A stretch of DNA of 64,000 nt from the human T2T-CHM13v2.0 reference genome, Homo sapiens. The stretch is taken from the NCBI RefSeq assembly GCF_009914755.1, contig NC_060935.1, one strand, 5' to 3'. Shown here piece by piece: positions 55,101 to 64,000 of the stretch. The translations under genes were made by a program, and so were the position numbers. The notes under the pieces were generated by a model. The model was not told the origin of the DNA, did not search any database, and was given only the letters and a program-made list of their open reading frames with translations. Each line of letters begins with the position of its first letter. Position 1 is the first letter of the stretch.

Positions 55101-56414
55101 AAGCCAGAAGAGAGTGGGGGCCAATATTCAACATTCTTAAAGAAAAGAATTTTCAATCCAGAATTTCATATCCAGCCAAACTAAGCTTCATAAGCAAAGG
55201 AGAAATAAAACCCTTTACAGACAAGCAAATGCTGAGAGATTTTGTCACCACCAGGCCTGCCTTACAGGAGCTCCTGAAGGAAGTACTAAATATGGAAAGG
55301 AAAAGCCAGTACCAGCCACTGCAAAAACATACCAAATTGTAAAGACCATCGACACTATGAAGAAACTGCATCAACTAATGGGCAAAATAACCAGCTAGCA
55401 TCATAATGACAGGATCAAACACATAACAATATTAACCTTAAATGTAAATGGGCTAAATGCCCCAATTAAAAGACACAGACTGGCAAATGGGATAAAGAGG
55501 CAAGACCTATCAGTGTGCTGTATTCAGGAAACCCATCTCACGTGCAAAGATACACATAGGCTCAAAATAAAGGGATAGAGGAATATTTACCAAGCAAATG
55601 GAAAGTAAAAAAAAAAAAAAAAAAAAAAAAAGCAGGTGTTGCAATCCTAGTCTCTGATAAAATACACTTTAAACCAACAAAGATCAAAAAAGACAAAGAA
55701 GGGCATTACATAATGGTAAAGGGATCAATTCAACCAGAAGAGCTAACTATTCTAAATATATATGCATCCAATACAGAAGCACCCAGATTCATAAAGCAAG
55801 TTCTCATAGACCTATGAAGAGACTTACACTCCCACACAATAATAGTGGGAGACTTTAACATCCCACTGTCAATATTAGACAGATCAATGAGACAGAAAAT
55901 TAACAAGGATATTCAGGACTTGAACTCTGCTCTGGACAAAGTGGACCTAACAGACAGCTACAGAACTCTCCACCCAAAATCAGCAGAATATACATTCTTC
56001 TCAGCACCACATTGCACTTATTCTAAAGTTGACCACATAATTGGAAGTAAAACACTCCTTAGCAAATGCAAAAGAACGGAAATCGTAACAAGCAGTCTTT
56101 CAGACCACAGTGCAATCAAATTAGAACTCAGGATTAAGAAACTCACTCAAAATCACACAACTACATGGAAACTGAACAACCTGCTCCTGAATGACTACTG
56201 AGTAAATAACGAAATTAAGGCAGAAATAAATAAGTTCTTTGAAACCAATGAGAACAAACACACAATCTACCAGAATCTCTGGGACACAGCTAAAGCAGTG
56301 TTTAGAGGGAAATTTGCAGCACCAGATGCCCACAGGAGAAAGTAGGAAAGATCTAAAATCGTCACCCTAACATCACAATTAAAAGAACTAGAGAAGCAAG
56401 AGCAAACAAATTCA

Positions 56415-56716
<302 letters not shown>

Positions 56717-59616
56717 CTAGCTGGGCTAACAAAAAAGAAAAGAGAGAAGAATCAAAAGACACAATAAAAAACGATAAAGGAGATATCACCTCTGATCTCA
56801 CAGAAATACAAACTACTATCAGAGCATACTATAAACACCTCTATGCAAACAGACTAGAAAATCTAGAAGAAATGGATACATTCCTGGACACATACACCTT
56901 CCCAAGACTAAACCAGGAAGTTGAATCCCTGAATAGACCAATAACAAGTTCTGAAATTGAGGCAGTCATTAATAGCCTACCAGCCAAAACAAGCCCAGGA
57001 CCAGACTGATTCACAGCTGAATTCCACCACAGGTACAAAGAGGAGTTGGTACCATTCCTTCTGAAACTATTCCAAACAATAGAAAAAGAGGGACTCCTCC
57101 CTAACTCACTTAATGAGGCCAGCATCATCGTGATACCAAAACCTGGCAGAGACAACACAAAAGAAAATTTCAGACCAATATCCCTGATGAACATCGATGC
57201 GAAGACCCTCAGTAAAATACTGGCAAACCGAATCCAGCAGCACATCAAAAAGCTTATCCACCATGATCAAGTCAGCTTCATCCCTGGGATGCAAGGCTGG
57301 TTCAACATATGCTAATCAATAAACTTAATCCATCACATAAACAGAACCAATGACAAAAACCACATGATTATCTCGATAGATGCAGAAAAGACCTTCAATA
57401 AAATTCAACACCCATTCATGCTAAAAACTCTCAATAAACTAGGTATTGATGAAACGTATCTCAAATAATAAGAGCTATCTATGACAAACCCACAGCCAAT
57501 ACCATACTGAAGGGGCAAAAGCTGGAAGCATTCCCTTTGAAAACCAGCACAAGACAAGGATGCCCTCTCTCACCACTCCTATTCAGCATAGTATTGGAGG
57601 TTCTGGCCAGGGCAATCAGGCAAGAGAAAGAAATAAAGGGTATTCAAATAGGAAGAGAGAAGTCAAATTGTCTCTGTTGGCAGATGACATGATTGTATAT
57701 TTAGAAAACCCCATCCTCTCAGCCCAAAATCTCTTTAAGCTGATAAGCAGCTTCAGCAAAGGCTCAGGATATAAAATCAATGTGCAAAAATCACAAGCAT
57801 TCCTATACACCAATAATAGACAAACAGCCAAATCATGACTGAACTCCTATTCACAATTGCTACAAAGAGAATAAAATACCTAGGAATACAACTTACAAGG
57901 GATGTGAAGGACCTTTTCAAGGAGAACTATAAACCACTGCTCAAGGAATTAAGAGAGGACACAAAAAAAAAAATGGAAAAACATTCCATGCTCACGGATA
58001 GGAAGAATCAATATTGTGAAAATGGCCATACTGCCCAAAGTAATTTATAGATTCAATGCTATTTTTATCAAGCTACCATTGACTTTCTTCACAGAATTAG
58101 AAAAAAAAACTACTTTAAATTTCATATGGAACCAAAAAAGAGCCCGTATAGCCAAGACAATCTTAAGCAAAAAGAACAAAGCTGGAGGCATCACACCACC
58201 TGATTTCAAACTATACTACAAGGCTACAGTAACTAAAACAGCACGGTACTAGTACCAAAACAGATATATAAACCAATGGAACAGAACAGAGGCTTCAGAA
58301 ATAACACCATACATTTACAACCATGTGATCTTTGACAAACCTGACAAAAACAAGCAATGGGGAAAGGATTCCCTATTTAATAAAAGGTGTTGGGAAAACG
58401 GGCTAGTCATATGCAGGAAACTGAAACTGGACCCCTTCCTTACAGCTTATACAAATATTAACTCAAGATGGATTAAAGACTTAAAGGTAAGACATAAAAT
58501 CATAAAAGCCCTAGAAGAAAACCTAGCAATACCATTCAGGACATAGGCATGGGCAAAGACTTTGTGACTAAAACACCAAAAGCAATGGCAACAAAAGCCA
58601 AAATTGACAAATGGTATTTAATTAAACTAAAGAGCTTCTGCACAGCAAAAGAAACTATCATCAGAGTGAACAGGCAACCTATAGAATGGGAGAAAATTTT
58701 TGTAATCTATCCATCTGACAAAGGGCTAATATCCAGAATCTACAAGGAACTTAAACAAATTTACAAGAAAAAAACAACCCCATCAAAAAGTGGGCAAAGG
58801 ATATGAACAGACACTTCTCAAAAGAAGACATTTATGCAGCCAACAAACATATGAAAAAAAAAAAGCTCATCATCACTGGTCATTAGAGAAATGCAAATCA
58901 AAACCACAATTAGATACCATCTCACACCAGTTAGAATTACGATCATTAAACAGTCAGGAAACAACAAGTGCTGGAGAGGATGTGGAGAAATAGAAATTAT
59001 TTTACACTGTTGGTGGGAGTATAAATTAGTTCAACTATTGTGGAAGAGAGTGTGGCGATTCCTCAAGTATCTAGAACCAGAAATACCATTTAACCCAGCA
59101 ATTCCATCACTTGGTATATACCCAAAGGATTATAAATCATTCTACTATAAAGACACATGCACATGTATGTTTATTGCAGCACTGTTCACAATAGAAAGAC
59201 TTGGAACCAACCCGAATGCCCATCAGTGATAGGCTGGATAAAGAAAACGTGGCACATATACACCATGAAATACTACGCAGTCATAGAAAAGGATGAATTC
59301 ATGTCCTTTGCAGGGACATGGATGAAGCTGAAAACCATCATTCTCAGCAAACTAACACAGGAACAGAAAAACAAACACCGCACGTTCTCACTCATAAGTG
59401 GGAGGTGAACAATGAGAACACATAGACACAGGGAGGGGAGCGTCACACACTGTGGCCTGTCGGTGGGTGGGGGGACTAGGGGAGGGATAGTATTAGGAGA
59501 AATTCCTAATGTAGATGACGGGTTGATGGGTGCAGCAAATCACCATGGCACATGTATACCTATGTAACAAACCTGCACGTTCTGTGAGGTATTGCTCCTC
59601 ACAAGATGACATTAGC

Positions 59617-60186
59617 TGCAGGGGTCTGCCCACCGACCCAGACCCAAACGATGGATGAATAAAACGTACACTGACACACAGATACTCTGTTTCGCCAGTC
59701 TTGCTGAGTGTCCAACCGCCTACACACCAAGAGAGGTTTGTGACGTGGCCGGTCCTGAGCAGCCCGCACTTCAGGCATTTATTTAGTATAAAATTAACAA
59801 CAGAAGCTTTGAATAAACACACTTGTGGATAATTAACATGGTTAAGAGAGTAGTTCTACTAATGATTAAAGCTCAGGTACTGCAGTTTAAAGTAAATACC
59901 ATTGGGGGCAATATCCTTGGTCGACCTCCCTCCGAGAGGGCCATCTGGCTCAAAGGTTAGTTAATGGAGGTAGGGTAAACAGACATAACTGGGGAAGCCT
60001 CTATTGTCCCTAGTATTTACCCTATGACCTAATGCTCTAAGGTAAGAACCCACTGCCTTCAGCCTGTTCAATTATTACAATCTATGTAATCTTGCAGCCT
60101 TCCAAAAAGGTTTGTGACTATTCTCTAAAACTTTCCCTAATATTTCCCTTTAATATTTCTGCCACTATCCTGAGTGAATCCCAACA
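59617..60186 (-). mobile_element. LTR22-family (HERV-K HML-5) LTR inserted in the L1 3' UTR
   Basis: Minus strand tgttgggattcactcagg...agacccctgca, 570 bp. L1 resumes exactly afterwards. Family from memory. Confidence 0.8.
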
Positions 60187-60240
60187 GCTCTGCACATGTA
60201 TCCCAGAACTTAAAGTATAAAAAAAGAGAATATTATTATA

Positions 60241-63300
<3,060 letters not shown>

Positions 63301-63308
63301 TTAAGGAT

Positions 63309-63362
63309 TGTGAACCCCGAAAATTTCAGGCAGGTCTCAGTTAATTTAGAAAGTTCATTTTG
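63309..63362 (-). mobile_element. MER4-type LTR end, interrupted by the pseudogene
   Basis: tgtgaaccc..aaaat..caggtctcagttaatttagaaagtt resembles the start of the 47276 LTR. Confidence 0.7.
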
Positions 63363-64000
63363 AGTGCGGAGTTCAGGAAGCTCGGACCGAAGGCCGCCAC
63401 TGGGCGGGCGCCCAGCCTCCCGCCCGCGTCCGCGCCTCGAGCCCCACACGCTCTGGCGGCCGCCGCGCCAGCGTCTGGGAAGGCCAAGCTGACGCACCTG
63501 GGGAAGGCGATCCTGGCAGGCGGCCTGGCGGGCGGCATTGAGATCTACATCACCTTCCCCACCCAGTACGTGAAGACGCAGTGGCAGCTGGACTAGCCCT
63601 CGAACCCGCCGCGGTACCAGAGCATCGGGGAGTGGGTGTGGCAGACAGTCCGCAGCCATGGCGTTCTGGGCCTGTACCGCAGTCTCAGCTCCCTGCTCTA
63701 CGGCTCCATCCCCAAAGCGGCCGCCAGCTTCGGAATGTTCTAGTTCCTCGGCAACCACCTGCGGGATTCCCAGGGACGGCTGGACAGCACGCGCGGGCTG
63801 CTGTGCTGCCTGGGCGCTGGAGTGGCTGAGGCCGTGGTGATCGTGTGCCCCATGGAGACCATCAAGGTGAGGTTCATCCACGACCAGACCTCCCCAAACC
63901 CCAAGTACCGAGGATTCTTCTACGGGTTAGGAAGATTGTGCGGGAACAAGGGCTGAAGGGGATGTATCAGAGCCTCACGGCCACCGTACTGAAACAGGGC
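63363..64000 (+). pseudogene. SLC25A1P1: Processed pseudogene of mitochondrial citrate carrier SLC25A1 (runs off window; likely SLC25A1P1)
   Basis: Intronless, translates to [50 protein letters not shown]...[29 protein letters not shown] lost near 63428, TAG at 63594 and 63741, 1-nt frameshift near 63926, GC-rich 5' UTR copy present. Confidence 0.93.

Overview
Human (or very close great-ape) genomic DNA, repeat-rich, not prokaryotic. The window holds the 3' part of CCDC83 on the + strand. Nine constitutive coding exons (1896-48205) splice in frame through GT-AG junctions to a TAA stop, and a frame-preserving 93-nt cassette exon lies at 41332-41424. The first coding exon is upstream of the window. 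Downstream is a nested transposon stack: an old L1M interrupted by a full-length but dead L1PA7-type element, which itself carries an Alu and an LTR22/HML-5-like LTR, plus a MER50-like LTR and further Alus. The window ends in a processed pseudogene of the mitochondrial citrate carrier SLC25A1 (from ~63363), inserted into a MER4-type LTR. Apart from the exon, L1 and pseudogene pieces, ORFs in the supplied track are Alu/L1/microsatellite artefacts. I see no evidence of a novel gene system. The most unusual signals are: (i) three independent 105-146 bp local duplications, each copied from 0.8-1.2 kb downstream into an older repeat with microhomology junctions; (ii) an ERV LTR whose target-site duplication encloses an extra ~32 nt PBS/tRNA-like tail; (iii) an LTR-derived candidate poly(A) signal in the CCDC83 3' UTR. 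Repeat subfamily names and gene identities come from my recollection of consensus sequences, not from a search.
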